Notes: generated by a model not told the origin, from the letters alone. DNA of 64,000 nt from Nannocystales bacterium (GCA_050633305.1 JBOEGF010000004.1:1-64000), one strand, 5' to 3'; positions 51,355 through 60,982 are shown, counted from the stretch's first letter. A program made the numbers and translations.

Positions 51355-51380
51355 AAGCCGGCCATCGTGCCGGCTTTTTT
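51355..51380 (+). terminator. Rho-independent terminator of the tonB-exb operon
   Basis: AAGCCGGC-CATCGT-GCCGGCTT followed by a T-run. Confidence 0.85.
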
Positions 51381-51474
51381 GTGTCTGCGATCCGCTCGAG
51401 AACCGAACCCGCGACGCCGGGGCGGCTGAGAAGCCCTTTTGCAGGCACGCCGTGACTTCGCCTATCCTCGCGTC

Positions 51475-52671
51475 ATGCGTTGGGGTGGTCGACTTGGAGC
51501 AGGGTTGTGGGTGGTGCTGGCGGGGTGTGGTGGTGATGACGGCGCCGGCACCGGCTCGGGTACCGATGGCAGTACGGGGACGCCGCCGGCAACGACGACC
51601 CAGACGCCGGGGACGACCTCTGCTGAGAGTTCGTCGACAGGTGCGGACCCGGCGACCTCAGCGGCGGAGTCTTCCGGCGGTGAGCCCGGGGGGTCCTCGA
51701 CCGCCGGCGCGGACGAGAGCAGCACTGGCGGGGGCAGCGATGCGGGCCCGTTCGAGGCTTGCTACGAGGGCGTGTTCGTCAACGGGTTTCCCGGCATCAA
51801 CTACGACGGCCTCGACATTCCGATCGGAGAGCACTGCCTGGGGACCAATGTGCAGGACATCCTCGAAGTCGATCGCGTGGTGTTCTTGGGGGACTCCGTC
51901 ACGGTGGGGACGCCGCCCACTGGCACAGGCGACTACTACCGGAACATTCTCGCGGACGCGCTGGCCGATCGGTTCGCGCTGAGCTTCGGGAGCAACAAAG
52001 CGTTGTGGCAATCGGCCAACGTCTTCGAGGGCACCTCCGGAGTGATCGAGTCGGGTGATTTTGCCTCGTGTGCTGAATGGGGTGCGAGGACCGACGACCT
52101 GATCGCCGGCAACCAGATCGGAGACTGCTACCCCGAGAACACTCGGGACCTCCAGACGCTCACGATCATCACCATGGGCGGCAACGACCTGGCCCGCATC
52201 GCACAAGACACGGGCGAGGGTGCAAAGCCCGGCGCCGCGTGGGACCTGGCGGAGTCGGCTGTGGATCACATGCGGGAGAGCACGGAGTGGCTCAAAGACG
52301 AAGGCAACTTCCCCAACGGGCACCACGTCGTGTTTGCCAACGTCTACGAGTTCACAGACGGCACCGGGCTGGTGGAGTCCTGCGCAGCAGCCGGGCTTGC
52401 GGGCTTTGAGCCCCTCGACTCCCTCGGAGATGCCCTGTTGGTCATTGGGTGGATCGAGGACCAGTACGCCCGGATCGCGCAGGACACCGGGTCGGATTTC
52501 ATCTTCATGTTCGAGGAGTTCATGGGGCGAGGATTCCTCAACGCTGACCCGACCGCGCCGGGGTATCGCGGCCCTGGTGGTCAGAACTGGTTTGACCTCA
52601 CCTGCATTCACCCCACGCCCACCGGGCATGGCGCGATCGCGGACATGTTCTTGGCAACGGTCGCCGAGTAG
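51475..52671 (+). CDS. SGNH/GDSL hydrolase lipoprotein
   Basis: Lipobox LAG-C, Thr/Ser linker, FLGDSVT, MGGND and CIHPTPTGH. Confidence 0.88.
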   Translation: MRWGGRLGAGLWVVLAGCGGDDGAGTGSGTDGSTGTPPATTTQTPGTTSAESSSTGADPATSAAESSGGEPGGSSTAGADESSTGGGSDAGPFEACYEGVFVNGFPGINYDGLDIPIGEHCLGTNVQDILEVDRVVFLGDSVTVGTPPTGTGDYYRNILADALADRFALSFGSNKALWQSANVFEGTSGVIESGDFASCAEWGARTDDLIAGNQIGDCYPENTRDLQTLTIITMGGNDLARIAQDTGEGAKPGAAWDLAESAVDHMRESTEWLKDEGNFPNGHHVVFANVYEFTDGTGLVESCAAAGLAGFEPLDSLGDALLVIGWIEDQYARIAQDTGSDFIFMFEEFMGRGFLNADPTAPGYRGPGGQNWFDLTCIHPTPTGHGAIADMFLATVAE

Positions 52672-52747
52672 GGCGCCGCTTCCCCGACGCGCACGGGCAG
52701 CCCGCATTGCGCCGTGCCGTTGACGGGTCCGGTCGTTTGGACGTCTG

Positions 52748-54139
52748 ATGTTGACCCGTTTCGGCAGCGCCACGGCTTGCGCATGGGTGCTTCTTTGGCC
52801 GGCTGGATGTCGCCCCACCGAGGCCCAGGCGCCCCCGCGCGCCGTGACGGCCTCGGCAGAGGCGGGAGCCGAGCCCGCGACGCCGACGTCTGCCGAAGGT
52901 CCCGACGTCCCGGCGGTCCCGCAGCCGAGCATCGACGATCCCGGGACGCCACCCATTGATCGAGCTCGCCTACTCGACGCGCCGACGGCCTATGAGCACC
53001 TCACGCTGCGCGCGGGCTTGCCGGTTGGCGCGCGCTACGAGGACTTGGTCTACGAGGGCAACAACCGAAACTTCCGAGGGAAGCCTGATGCCGCGGGGCA
53101 GTATCGGTCTGGGGATGCCACGGCGCTGGATTGGCGCCGATGGATCGCGGGGATCGCTGCAATGATCGTCCTGCGGGATTCGCTGTTCAGCCAGCAGGAC
53201 CATCCGGTGCTGCAGGCCCCGCGAGCCCTGATGCTTCCACCGAACTGGGTGTCGCTCGCGGTCGCGTCGACGATGCGCGGAGAGACGTTGGTGGCTCCGG
53301 TTGTGCCTGCGCTCGACGATGATTCGGCCTGGGCTGAGCTCGCCTCGGCGGGGGAGCGCTTCGGGAGCTTTCCGCCGAGCGAGCGTCTCTTCGAGGAGTC
53401 GCGACGCTCGCTCCTCGAGCCCGAGCCGGACGCCGGTGCGCATGCCCGGACGCGCAACGCCCGGGCCTCGATCCGTGCCGTGAGCGTGGCGGCACAGGCG
53501 ATGGTGTTGGCGCAGGTGCAAGGCCCGTCGGCGGTCGCGACGGCAGGCGCGGCGTGGATCTCGGCGTCCGACCGGAACTACTTCGGCATCGAGCTCCGAG
53601 AGAGAACGATCCCGATCTTCGTCGAGAACCCGAACGAGCACGAGGCGCGTGACGAAGGGAAGGGGATGGGGGTCTGGGGGAACGTGTTGCCCCCAGAGGC
53701 GGTCGTGCTCGCTCGGAACGTGGTCTACGCGCGGCGTCTCCTCGATGGACCGCTCGGGGTAGAGCGATACGACCTGCGCCATGAGTCCGAACGCCTCCGA
53801 GCGATCACGCTGTTGGAGACCTTGGTTCCATCGGGGTCCAGCGGTCACCCGGTGTGGCTCTGGGTCAACGGCGGGTCGGACGGGCACGGCAAGGGCGAGC
53901 CGGCCACGCCGTACATCGACGCGTTCTCGGCCGCGCTCCGAGCCGCGGACGTGGAGACCAGCCGGGTGGTGTTGCTCAGCAAGCCCAGTGCGCGCCCGAA
54001 GTCCAAGGCTTGGCTCGATGCGGTCGCGGGCGAGGCCCGGGCGCTCGGCGTCCCTGCGAGCATTCAGCTCAACACCCGGAGGGCGCGGCGTCTCATCGGC
54101 GAGGCCCCTGGCGTCAGCTCGGCGGGCCCCGGCGAGTGA
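52748..54139 (+). CDS. hypothetical lipoprotein
   Basis: Lipobox PAG-C, Pro/Ala linker, then about 400 aa of globular-looking sequence with no recognised family. Confidence 0.65.
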   Translation: MLTRFGSATACAWVLLWPAGCRPTEAQAPPRAVTASAEAGAEPATPTSAEGPDVPAVPQPSIDDPGTPPIDRARLLDAPTAYEHLTLRAGLPVGARYEDLVYEGNNRNFRGKPDAAGQYRSGDATALDWRRWIAGIAAMIVLRDSLFSQQDHPVLQAPRALMLPPNWVSLAVASTMRGETLVAPVVPALDDDSAWAELASAGERFGSFPPSERLFEESRRSLLEPEPDAGAHARTRNARASIRAVSVAAQAMVLAQVQGPSAVATAGAAWISASDRNYFGIELRERTIPIFVENPNEHEARDEGKGMGVWGNVLPPEAVVLARNVVYARRLLDGPLGVERYDLRHESERLRAITLLETLVPSGSSGHPVWLWVNGGSDGHGKGEPATPYIDAFSAALRAADVETSRVVLLSKPSARPKSKAWLDAVAGEARALGVPASIQLNTRRARRLIGEAPGVSSAGPGE

Positions 54140-54428
54140 TCCGTGCAGGGCCGTTCTCCCGGCCGGGGCACGCTGGAATCGCGGCGGCGGCTCGCGATCG
54201 CACGCGTCGGTGACATTCGCGTGGCATCGCCTGCAGCCGGCACGCCGACGCGCCGGCGGTGCCGGGTCCGACGTTCGAGTGCGGAACAGTCGCTTTCTAG
54301 ACTCTCTACGGGGCAGCTCCTGAGGGATTGCGGGCGAGTCGAGTACGCGAAGGTGACGTGACGGAGTGTTTTGGGCGTGGCCGGGCGGCGCGTTGGCGGG
54401 TCCCCCAGCTCTGGGTAAAGTGCAGACG

Positions 54429-55382
54429 ATGTCTCGCTACCTCGACCACGTTGAGCTCGTCACTGGTGATCCTTCTCAGGATGTTCTCGAAGCGATGCGG
54501 TCGCAGAAAGCTCGGGTCGAACAGGGACTTCGCGAGCGAGGTGCGGTGTTGCTGCGGGGGTTCCAGGCCAGCGATCCGAACACGGCGGCCGAGTCGCTCA
54601 AGGTGTTGGGCGGGGCGCTGCTCGACGACGCGTTCTGGTCGACCCCGCGTTCGGGCGTGACCGGCAAGACCTTCACCGCGACGGAGTACCCCAAGGCCCG
54701 CACGATCGCCTTGCACAGCGAGATGGCCTATATGTCCGGCTGGCCGCGCTTCCTCGCGTTTCATTCGATCGACGTGGCCGACCAGGGCGGCGAGACCAGC
54801 ATCGCGAACCTCGACGCGGTCAGTGCAGCGCTTGGACCGGTCCTCGAAGAGTTCGCAACCAAGGGTGTGACATACCGACGAACGTATCGTGCCGGCATCG
54901 ACATTCCTTGGCAGAAGGCTTTTCAGACGGAAAACCCCAAGGAGGTCGAGGCGATCGCGGCGAAGAACGGGATGCGGGCGACCTGGCTTCCCGACAGCGT
55001 TCTGCAGACGGCACATGACGCTCAAGGGGCGGTGAAAGCCGAAGATGGACGCTGGCTCTGGTTCAACCAAGCCCACGTCTTCCACGTGAGCAACGTTCCT
55101 GAGCAGCACCGCAAAATGCTCTCGGACATGTTCGGAGCCGACCAGCTGCCCCGGGATGCCACGTACGGGGATGGCTCTGCGATCCCCGACGACGTGGTGA
55201 AGAAGGTCCACGACGTGCTCACCGAGCACACGCTTCCGGTTCAGTGGCAGCCCGGCGATGTGCTGCTCATCGACAACATGCGGTACATGCACGGGCGGTT
55301 GCCGTTCGAAGGAACCCGGAAGTTGCACGTCGCGATGAGCACCGCCCACAGCGAGCCAGCTCGGACTCCGGTCTTCGCCTGA
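54429..55382 (+). CDS. TauD/TfdA family Fe(II)/2OG dioxygenase, SyrP-like
   Basis: GAVLLRGF, TEYP..IALHSEMAY, GGET, WFNQAHVFH and WQPGDVLLIDN..HGR. Confidence 0.9.
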   Translation: MSRYLDHVELVTGDPSQDVLEAMRSQKARVEQGLRERGAVLLRGFQASDPNTAAESLKVLGGALLDDAFWSTPRSGVTGKTFTATEYPKARTIALHSEMAYMSGWPRFLAFHSIDVADQGGETSIANLDAVSAALGPVLEEFATKGVTYRRTYRAGIDIPWQKAFQTENPKEVEAIAAKNGMRATWLPDSVLQTAHDAQGAVKAEDGRWLWFNQAHVFHVSNVPEQHRKMLSDMFGADQLPRDATYGDGSAIPDDVVKKVHDVLTEHTLPVQWQPGDVLLIDNMRYMHGRLPFEGTRKLHVAMSTAHSEPARTPVFA

Positions 55383-55412
55383 GTCTGGAGTTCAGCACGA
55401 GGGCGCGCGCGG

Positions 55413-56054
55413 TCAGGCGGCGTGTCGCAGCGGTTGCTTGTGCAGTGCAGCCGCGAGCGTCGTCAGCCAGCGCTGAACCGGGTCACGCTCGGGGCGCTCG
55501 AGAAGATCTGTGGACGGGTCGCCCAGCGCGTCCGCAAGCAGCTCTCGGGCTCGGCGGACTCGACTGCGGACTGTGTTCTCGGGAATGCAGAGCCCGCGAC
55601 CGATCTCCGCGGCCGGCTGACCCTCGAAGTAGTACAGCGCCATGACTCGTTGCAGCGGATCGGGCAGGGCGGCCAGGCCGGCGGCAAGTCGGTCCATCGT
55701 TTGGCGGTGGCTGCAGACGTCGGAGGGGTCGTGCCTGGGAGGTTCGAGCAGGTCCTTGGCCAGGTCTTGGATCCGGCGGTCTCGGACCTGCGAGCGATAG
55801 GCGACGCGAACGTGGTTGTTCGCGATCGCAAACAGCCAGGTGCGGAAGCTGCTGCGCTGCTGGTAGCGGTGGATCGTACTGGAGACGGCGGTCCAGACGT
55901 CCTGCACGGTGTCATCGGAGTCGGCGCCCAGCCGTCGCTCGAGGAAACGGCGCACCGCCGCATGGTGTCGCGAGACAAGCACCGCCCCCGCCGCTGTATC
56001 CCCCCGTTGCCACGCGCGGGAGAGATCCTCGTCGGTCGCATGCGAGCCCGGCAC
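55413..56054 (-). CDS. ECF RNA polymerase sigma factor
   Basis: DDTVQD, SSFRTWLFAIANN (region 2) and EIGRGL.IPENTVRSRVRRAR (region 4). Confidence 0.92.
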   Translation of the reverse strand: MPGSHATDEDLSRAWQRGDTAAGAVLVSRHHAAVRRFLERRLGADSDDTVQDVWTAVSSTIHRYQQRSSFRTWLFAIANNHVRVAYRSQVRDRRIQDLAKDLLEPPRHDPSDVCSHRQTMDRLAAGLAALPDPLQRVMALYYFEGQPAAEIGRGLCIPENTVRSRVRRARELLADALGDPSTDLLERPERDPVQRWLTTLAAALHKQPLRHAA

Positions 56055-56066
56055 GCCTATGTTCGC

Positions 56067-56083
56067 TGCATCGAACGTGCCAG
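56067..56083 (-). promoter_or_regulatory. sigma54 (-24/-12) promoter of the ECF sigma gene
   Basis: Minus strand CTGGCACG-TTCG-ATGCA, GG-N10-GC, one mismatch to TGGCACG-N4-TTGCW. Confidence 0.75.
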
Positions 56084-56211
56084 GGAAAACGCCTGCCGAT
56101 AGGGCCCCAAGTGGCCACGATGCATGCCCCTCGTGGGCCTGTCGGGGCGCGCGATGTCGCGATTGCGGCCCTTGGGACGCCCCGGGCAGGTCCGGCTGGC
56201 CATTCTAGTAG

Positions 56212-56261
56212 TGTTCAGAATTCTGGACGCCCAACACTGCCGATGGCCAGTATTCAGGACA
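56212..56261. promoter_or_regulatory. tandem palindromic UAS-like sites, 32 bp apart
   Basis: TGTTCAGAATTCTGGACG (56212) and TGGCCAGTATTCAGGACA (56244), about 130-180 bp upstream of the sigma54 promoter. Confidence 0.55.
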
Positions 56262-56264
56262 GTT

Positions 56265-57776
56265 CTAGCCCGCGTCGCGCCGCAGCTCGCAACGCCGGAT
56301 CATCGCGTTGAGGTGCGAGCGGCTGATCCGGAGGGTGCGGGCGGTCTGAGCGACATTCCAATCGTGCTTGGCGAGGACCTTTTGCAAGTACGAGCACTCC
56401 CAGCGTTGGCGGGACTCGTGGAAGCTCGGCGTCTCGCTGGCGTCACCGGACGGGAAGAGGTGGTGCGGTTCCAGCTCGCTCGCGCGTTCGAGCCGAGCGT
56501 TGACCACCGCCTCTTCACAGGCACTCGCGAGCTCGCGGACGTTCCCGGGCCAATCCGAGAACTCCGCAGCGACGAGTGCTGCGGGCGAGGGGCGCAGCAC
56601 CGAGAGTCCGTTTCTCTCGCAGCTCTGAGCGCAGAAGTGCTCGACGAGCAGTGGAATGTCTTCCCGGCGCTCGACGAGGGCGGGGATTCGGAGCTGCACG
56701 CCCCGAATCCGGTAGTACAGGTCCTTGCGGAACGCGTTGCTCTCGAGCTCGTGCTCCAGCTCGCGGTTCGTCGCGGTGATGATTCGGACGTTCGCTTGGA
56801 CCGCCCGTGTGCCGCCCAGCGGGTAGTACTCGCGGTTCTGGACGAGCTGCAGGACCTTGGCCTGTACCGCGAGCGGGAGCTCGCCCACCTCGTCGAGGAA
56901 GAGCGTACCGGACTCGGCAGCTGCAACCTTTCCGCCCACGGGCTCGGCAGCGGTCGAGTGCGCGCCACGTTCCGCCCCGAACAGCTCGTTCTCGACGAGC
57001 CCCTCGGGCAGGGCTGCGCAGTTGAGGGCGACGAACGGGGCGTTGGCACGGGTGCTGTTTTGATGCAGCAAGCGGGCGAACAGAGACTTGCCCGTTCCGG
57101 AGGGACCGGTGATGAGGACGTTGGCATCCATCGACGCCAAGAGTTCGAGTCGCTCGAGAACCGCGGCGAGGGCAGCGGAGCGGCCGATCAGTCCGTCGAG
57201 CTGCATCCGCTCTCGGACCTTGCCGGTGTAGTCCTGCTCGAGCCGCCGACGATTGAGCTCGAGCAGGCGCGAGGTCAGGGTGCCGAGGTATTCCGCCACC
57301 GTGCGCACGACGGTGACGTCGTCGTCGGAGAACGAGCCGCCGCCCATGTGGTTTTGCAGGTAGACGACGCCGGCCGAGTTGGGCGCGGTGAGGGGCACAC
57401 AGAGCACGGCCTCGATGCGTTCGAGTTTCACGCTCGCGCGAACGGAGAACCGGTCGTCGAGCATCGCGGATGCGACGTGCACGACCTCGCCGGTCTCGAC
57501 CGCTTCGGCGATGACGCCGTGGGAGATGCGCTTCTCGATCGTTGCGACCTCTTCGTCTTCGAGGCCAGCCGCAGCCGCCCACCCCCGATGCTCGTCCGCT
57601 CGGGTGTCGCGGAGCTCGATGTAGCCAGCACGTGCGCCCGCGATCTCCACCAGCAGCTTCAAGGCCTCGTCGATGAGCGGCCTTGGATCCTCCACCCGAA
57701 CCAGGGAGAGGCACTTCTGGTAGAGGTCCCGTTCGAGTTCTTGTCGCGATCCTGCGGTTTCCGGGGACAACTGCAC
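56265..57776 (-). CDS. GAF-domain sigma54-dependent Fis-family activator with GAHSTA loop
   Basis: GAF (VLCVPL..GVVYL), GPSGTGKS, NCAAL..ENELFGAERGAHSTA, LFLDEVGEL, WPGNVREL and HTH. Confidence 0.92.
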   Translation of the reverse strand: MQLSPETAGSRQELERDLYQKCLSLVRVEDPRPLIDEALKLLVEIAGARAGYIELRDTRADEHRGWAAAAGLEDEEVATIEKRISHGVIAEAVETGEVVHVASAMLDDRFSVRASVKLERIEAVLCVPLTAPNSAGVVYLQNHMGGGSFSDDDVTVVRTVAEYLGTLTSRLLELNRRRLEQDYTGKVRERMQLDGLIGRSAALAAVLERLELLASMDANVLITGPSGTGKSLFARLLHQNSTRANAPFVALNCAALPEGLVENELFGAERGAHSTAAEPVGGKVAAAESGTLFLDEVGELPLAVQAKVLQLVQNREYYPLGGTRAVQANVRIITATNRELEHELESNAFRKDLYYRIRGVQLRIPALVERREDIPLLVEHFCAQSCERNGLSVLRPSPAALVAAEFSDWPGNVRELASACEEAVVNARLERASELEPHHLFPSGDASETPSFHESRQRWECSYLQKVLAKHDWNVAQTARTLRISRSHLNAMIRRCELRRDAG

Positions 57777-57962
57777 TCAACCTATCAGAACGACGATTCC
57801 AGCCAATCGCCGCTTGTTGCGCCGCTTTGCGGGCATTTTCGCGCAGCCGGCATGAGGGCTGGAAGGCCGCGCGAGTCAGGGTAGTGCCGTTCGATGCACA
57901 ACCCGTCATCGAAAGAGTGATTGAGGGTGTGCTCGCGGCGCGTTCCGAACATGCATGTCAGG

Positions 57963-58006
57963 GCCTTCGCGAACCCCGCACGCTGGGGCGGGGTTGTCGC
58001 GAAGGC
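57963..58006. other. long GC-rich hairpin downstream of the tRNA
   Basis: GCCTTCGCGA-ACCCCGC ... GCGGGGT-TG-TCGCGAAGGC. Confidence 0.55.
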
Positions 58007-58072
58007 TACGTTCAGCGGGTTGGCCGCGACTTCGCGATCGGCTGCCCCGCCGGCGAGCGGGATCTGGCGTTG

Positions 58073-58153
58073 TGCCCGGGGCGGGACTCGAACCCGCACT
58101 CCAAAGGAAGGGGATTTTAAGTCCCCCGTGTCTACCGGTTTCACCACCCGGGC
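58073..58153 (-). tRNA. tRNA-Leu (anticodon UAA), CCA not encoded
   Basis: GCCCGGG acceptor stem, D-loop GG, GGGGA-CTTAAAA-TCCCC anticodon arm, short variable arm, GCGGG-TTCGAGT-CCCGC T arm, discriminator A. Confidence 0.97.
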
Positions 58154-58261
58154 ATGGGGCGGAGGGTAGCAACTGCTGGGCAAAGCGATAGGGGTGTTAC
58201 GGGTTCCCGAGGTCCGCGTGAGTGATTGATCCCCAGAGCATTGGACGTCAGACTGCGCCGC

Positions 58262-59392
58262 ATGAAGGGGCAGCCCACGGTGGCAATCCTCGGCGGCGGC
58301 CAGCTGGCGCGAATGATGTGCGCGGCCGCGACCCGGTTGGGCGTGCGAACCCGGGTGTACCAAGCTGCGGAGACCGGGCCGTGTGCCTTCGCCCGTGAGG
58401 TGGTGACCGGTGCCTGGGATGATGCCGCGGCGCTGCGCGCCTTCCTCGCGCCGGCTGACGTGGTGACGCTGGACTACGAAGCCGTGGATCTCACTACGGT
58501 TCGTGCCGTGCTCCCCAGCGGGGTCGAGATCCGACCGGGGCCCCAGACGATGGCGTGGGTCGCCGACAAGGTTCTGCAACGTCAGCGTGCGACCGAGGCG
58601 GGCTTGCCGGTGGGTCCGACCGCCGCATGCCGGACCCTGGACGAACTCCGGGCGGCGGGCGAGCGCTTGGGCTACCCGTTGATGCTCAAGCGCCCCCGGA
58701 ACAGCTACGACGGGTACGGCAACCGAACCGCCAAGTCGAGTCATGACCTCGCGGATGCCCACGCGATGCTGGGCGGCGGGGAGGTTCTCGCAGAGGGCTG
58801 GGTCCCGTTCGAACTCGAGCTCGCGACGATGGTCGCTCGACGGCCCGGCGGCGAGGCCGAGGTGTACCCCGTGGTCGCTACCTTCCAGAAAGACCACAAG
58901 TGCGACGCGGTGGAGATCCCCGCCAGCGTCTCTGATGAGATCGTCGCGCGGGCGCGTGACCTGGCGTTGCGGGCTGCGGAGGCCTACGGGTGTGTCGGCG
59001 TGGTCGGAGTGGAGATGTTTCTGCTGGCCGATGGCCAGGTCTGGCTCAACGAGATCGCGCCTCGCCCGCACAACACCGGTCACTACACGCTCGACGCGTG
59101 CGCCACGTCCCAGTTCGAGAACCATCTGCGCGCCGTTCTTGACATGCCTCTGGGGGACACTTCGTTGTTGGCCCCGGCAGCCGCCATGGTCAATGTGCTC
59201 GGGAATCGGACCGGGGCTGCGGAGAACGAGGGGCTGGACCGTGCGCTCGCGGTTCCGGGGGCCTCGATTCACCTCTACGGGAAGAACGACGTACGACCGG
59301 GACGGAAGATGGGGCACGTCACGGCCCTCGGTCCAGACGTGGTCACGGCCCGTGCACGCGCGACGAGGGCGGCCAAGGAACTTCAGCCATGA
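58262..59392 (+). CDS. purK: N5-carboxyaminoimidazole ribonucleotide synthase
   Basis: [36 protein letters not shown] and [13 protein letters not shown]. Confidence 0.96.
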   Translation: MKGQPTVAILGGGQLARMMCAAATRLGVRTRVYQAAETGPCAFAREVVTGAWDDAAALRAFLAPADVVTLDYEAVDLTTVRAVLPSGVEIRPGPQTMAWVADKVLQRQRATEAGLPVGPTAACRTLDELRAAGERLGYPLMLKRPRNSYDGYGNRTAKSSHDLADAHAMLGGGEVLAEGWVPFELELATMVARRPGGEAEVYPVVATFQKDHKCDAVEIPASVSDEIVARARDLALRAAEAYGCVGVVGVEMFLLADGQVWLNEIAPRPHNTGHYTLDACATSQFENHLRAVLDMPLGDTSLLAPAAAMVNVLGNRTGAAENEGLDRALAVPGASIHLYGKNDVRPGRKMGHVTALGPDVVTARARATRAAKELQP

Positions 59393-59892
59393 ACGACGCA
59401 TCCTCCTCTCATCCCCTCGTGGCGATTTGCATGGGCAGCACCTCCGACCTGCCGACGATGAAGGCAGCCGGTGAGGTGCTGAGCACCTTCGAGATCCCGT
59501 ACGAGACTCGGATCCTTTCGGCACACCGAACGCCCACGGCGATGGTCGAGTTTGGCGAGGCGGCGGTCGAGCGCGGCTTCCAGGTGATCATCGCGGGCGC
59601 GGGTGGGGCTGCGCATCTTCCAGGCATGCTCGCGAGTCTCACGACGTTGCCGGTGATCGGGGTTCCCGTCCTCAACGGCGCGTTGGCCGGGATGGACGCG
59701 CTCCTGTCGATCGTGCAGATGCCCCGCGGCGTGCCCGTCGCCACGGTCGCGATCGGCAACGCGACGAACGCCGGCTACCTCGCGATTCGAATGCTCGCGG
59801 CGAGCCGGCCTCGGTTGCGGGAGGTGCTCGAAGCCCATGCTGCGGCGCGGGCGGAGAAGGTCCACGACGACGACCGCGCGACCCGGGGCTGA
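59389..59892 (+). CDS. purE: N5-CAIR mutase
   Basis: [26 protein letters not shown] and [14 protein letters not shown]. Confidence 0.97.
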   Translation: MNDASSSHPLVAICMGSTSDLPTMKAAGEVLSTFEIPYETRILSAHRTPTAMVEFGEAAVERGFQVIIAGAGGAAHLPGMLASLTTLPVIGVPVLNGALAGMDALLSIVQMPRGVPVATVAIGNATNAGYLAIRMLAASRPRLREVLEAHAAARAEKVHDDDRATRG

Positions 59893-59989
59893 GGCCGAAT
59901 CTCACGCGGCGGCTGAGGCCGAGAGTCGTTCGGTCCCCGGGCCGCCGGGGTGCTTGGCGATCGGGAGCAGGACCGTTACGCTGCTCGGT

Positions 59990-60859
59990 ATGAATTGGTT
60001 TAGTTGCACTGTACTGGGCGCTTGTGCCTTCTTCGCGGGCGCGTGCTCCGACGACGGTGTTCCGCTTGTGGGCGGAGATACGGAGGCGGCCGGGGCCACG
60101 GGAACGGCCTCGGAAGGGGACACCAACGACGGCGGGCCGGGGACCGCCGTGACGACGGCCGATCCTACCGGTCCCGGTTCCGACACGTCGACCGATCCGA
60201 CGGCCACGACGAGTCCGACCGACACCGATGGGGGATCCGAGGGAACGACCAGCGGCGTGGGGAGCTCGTCGGGGGCCACCGACGGGTCCAGCGGAGGCAG
60301 CAGCTCCACCGGCGGTACGACCGAGCCCGAATGTGTCATGGACGAGGACTGCATGCTGGTCGATGACTGCTGCACCTGCGGAGCCATCGCGGTGGGCGAT
60401 GACGCTCCGGCATGCGAGCTGAAGGAGTGCTTGGTCAGCACGTGCACCTCGCTGGGGCTGGGGATGCCTGCGGTGCAGTGCAACTTCGGGACCTGCGAGG
60501 TCGAAGAGGTCAGCTGCAATCCGACGCTCGTCACGTGTGACGGCAAGGACGCCATTCCGCCCGAGTGCCCCGAGGGTCAAGCGCCCCGGGTCGTCGATGG
60601 CTGTTGGAGTGGGTGCATTCCGGTCGAGTACTGCGATGTGGTCCCCGGATGCGAGTCCTGCGGCAAGGAGGAGGTCTGCATCGAGGCGATCACGCAGCTG
60701 GGGCCGAGCTTCACGTGTGTTCCGATGCCGCCCAGCTGCGACGGCATGCCGTCGTGTGACTGCCTCGGAGAGGCGTGTGAGGACCCCTTCGACATCTGCT
60801 CCGACGGGATCGAGCCGAAGAGTGGCGCTGAGCTCAGCTGTAGCTGCCCTGCTTGCTAG
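59990..60859 (+). CDS. Cys-rich lipoprotein with Thr/Gly linker
   Basis: Lipobox AGA-C, low-complexity stalk, Cys-dense C-terminal half. Confidence 0.8.
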   Translation: MNWFSCTVLGACAFFAGACSDDGVPLVGGDTEAAGATGTASEGDTNDGGPGTAVTTADPTGPGSDTSTDPTATTSPTDTDGGSEGTTSGVGSSSGATDGSSGGSSSTGGTTEPECVMDEDCMLVDDCCTCGAIAVGDDAPACELKECLVSTCTSLGLGMPAVQCNFGTCEVEEVSCNPTLVTCDGKDAIPPECPEGQAPRVVDGCWSGCIPVEYCDVVPGCESCGKEEVCIEAITQLGPSFTCVPMPPSCDGMPSCDCLGEACEDPFDICSDGIEPKSGAELSCSCPAC

Positions 60860-60865
60860 CGACGA

Positions 60866-60897
60866 GGAGGGAACCCAACAATGTTGGGTTTCCCTCC
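60866..60897. terminator. hairpin between convergent genes
   Basis: GGAGGGAACCCAACA-A-TGTTGGGTTTCCCTCC, a 15-bp stem with one bulge. Confidence 0.6.
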
Positions 60898-60982
60898 GGA
60901 GTTGGGCTTCCATCGGGACGACTGGGGAACGCTCGTCACGCGGCCCGACCCGGGGTTGGTCTCACAAGGACCGTCTGCTGTC

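Noticed and set aside
54140..58072. tRNA-anchored genomic island or prophage
   Set aside because: No integrase, no duplicated tRNA 3' end found, and no obvious compositional shift.
57785..59524. 579-aa minus-strand ORF spanning the tRNA and purK
   Set aside because: It is antisense to purK/purE and runs through a tRNA gene, so it is a shadow ORF.
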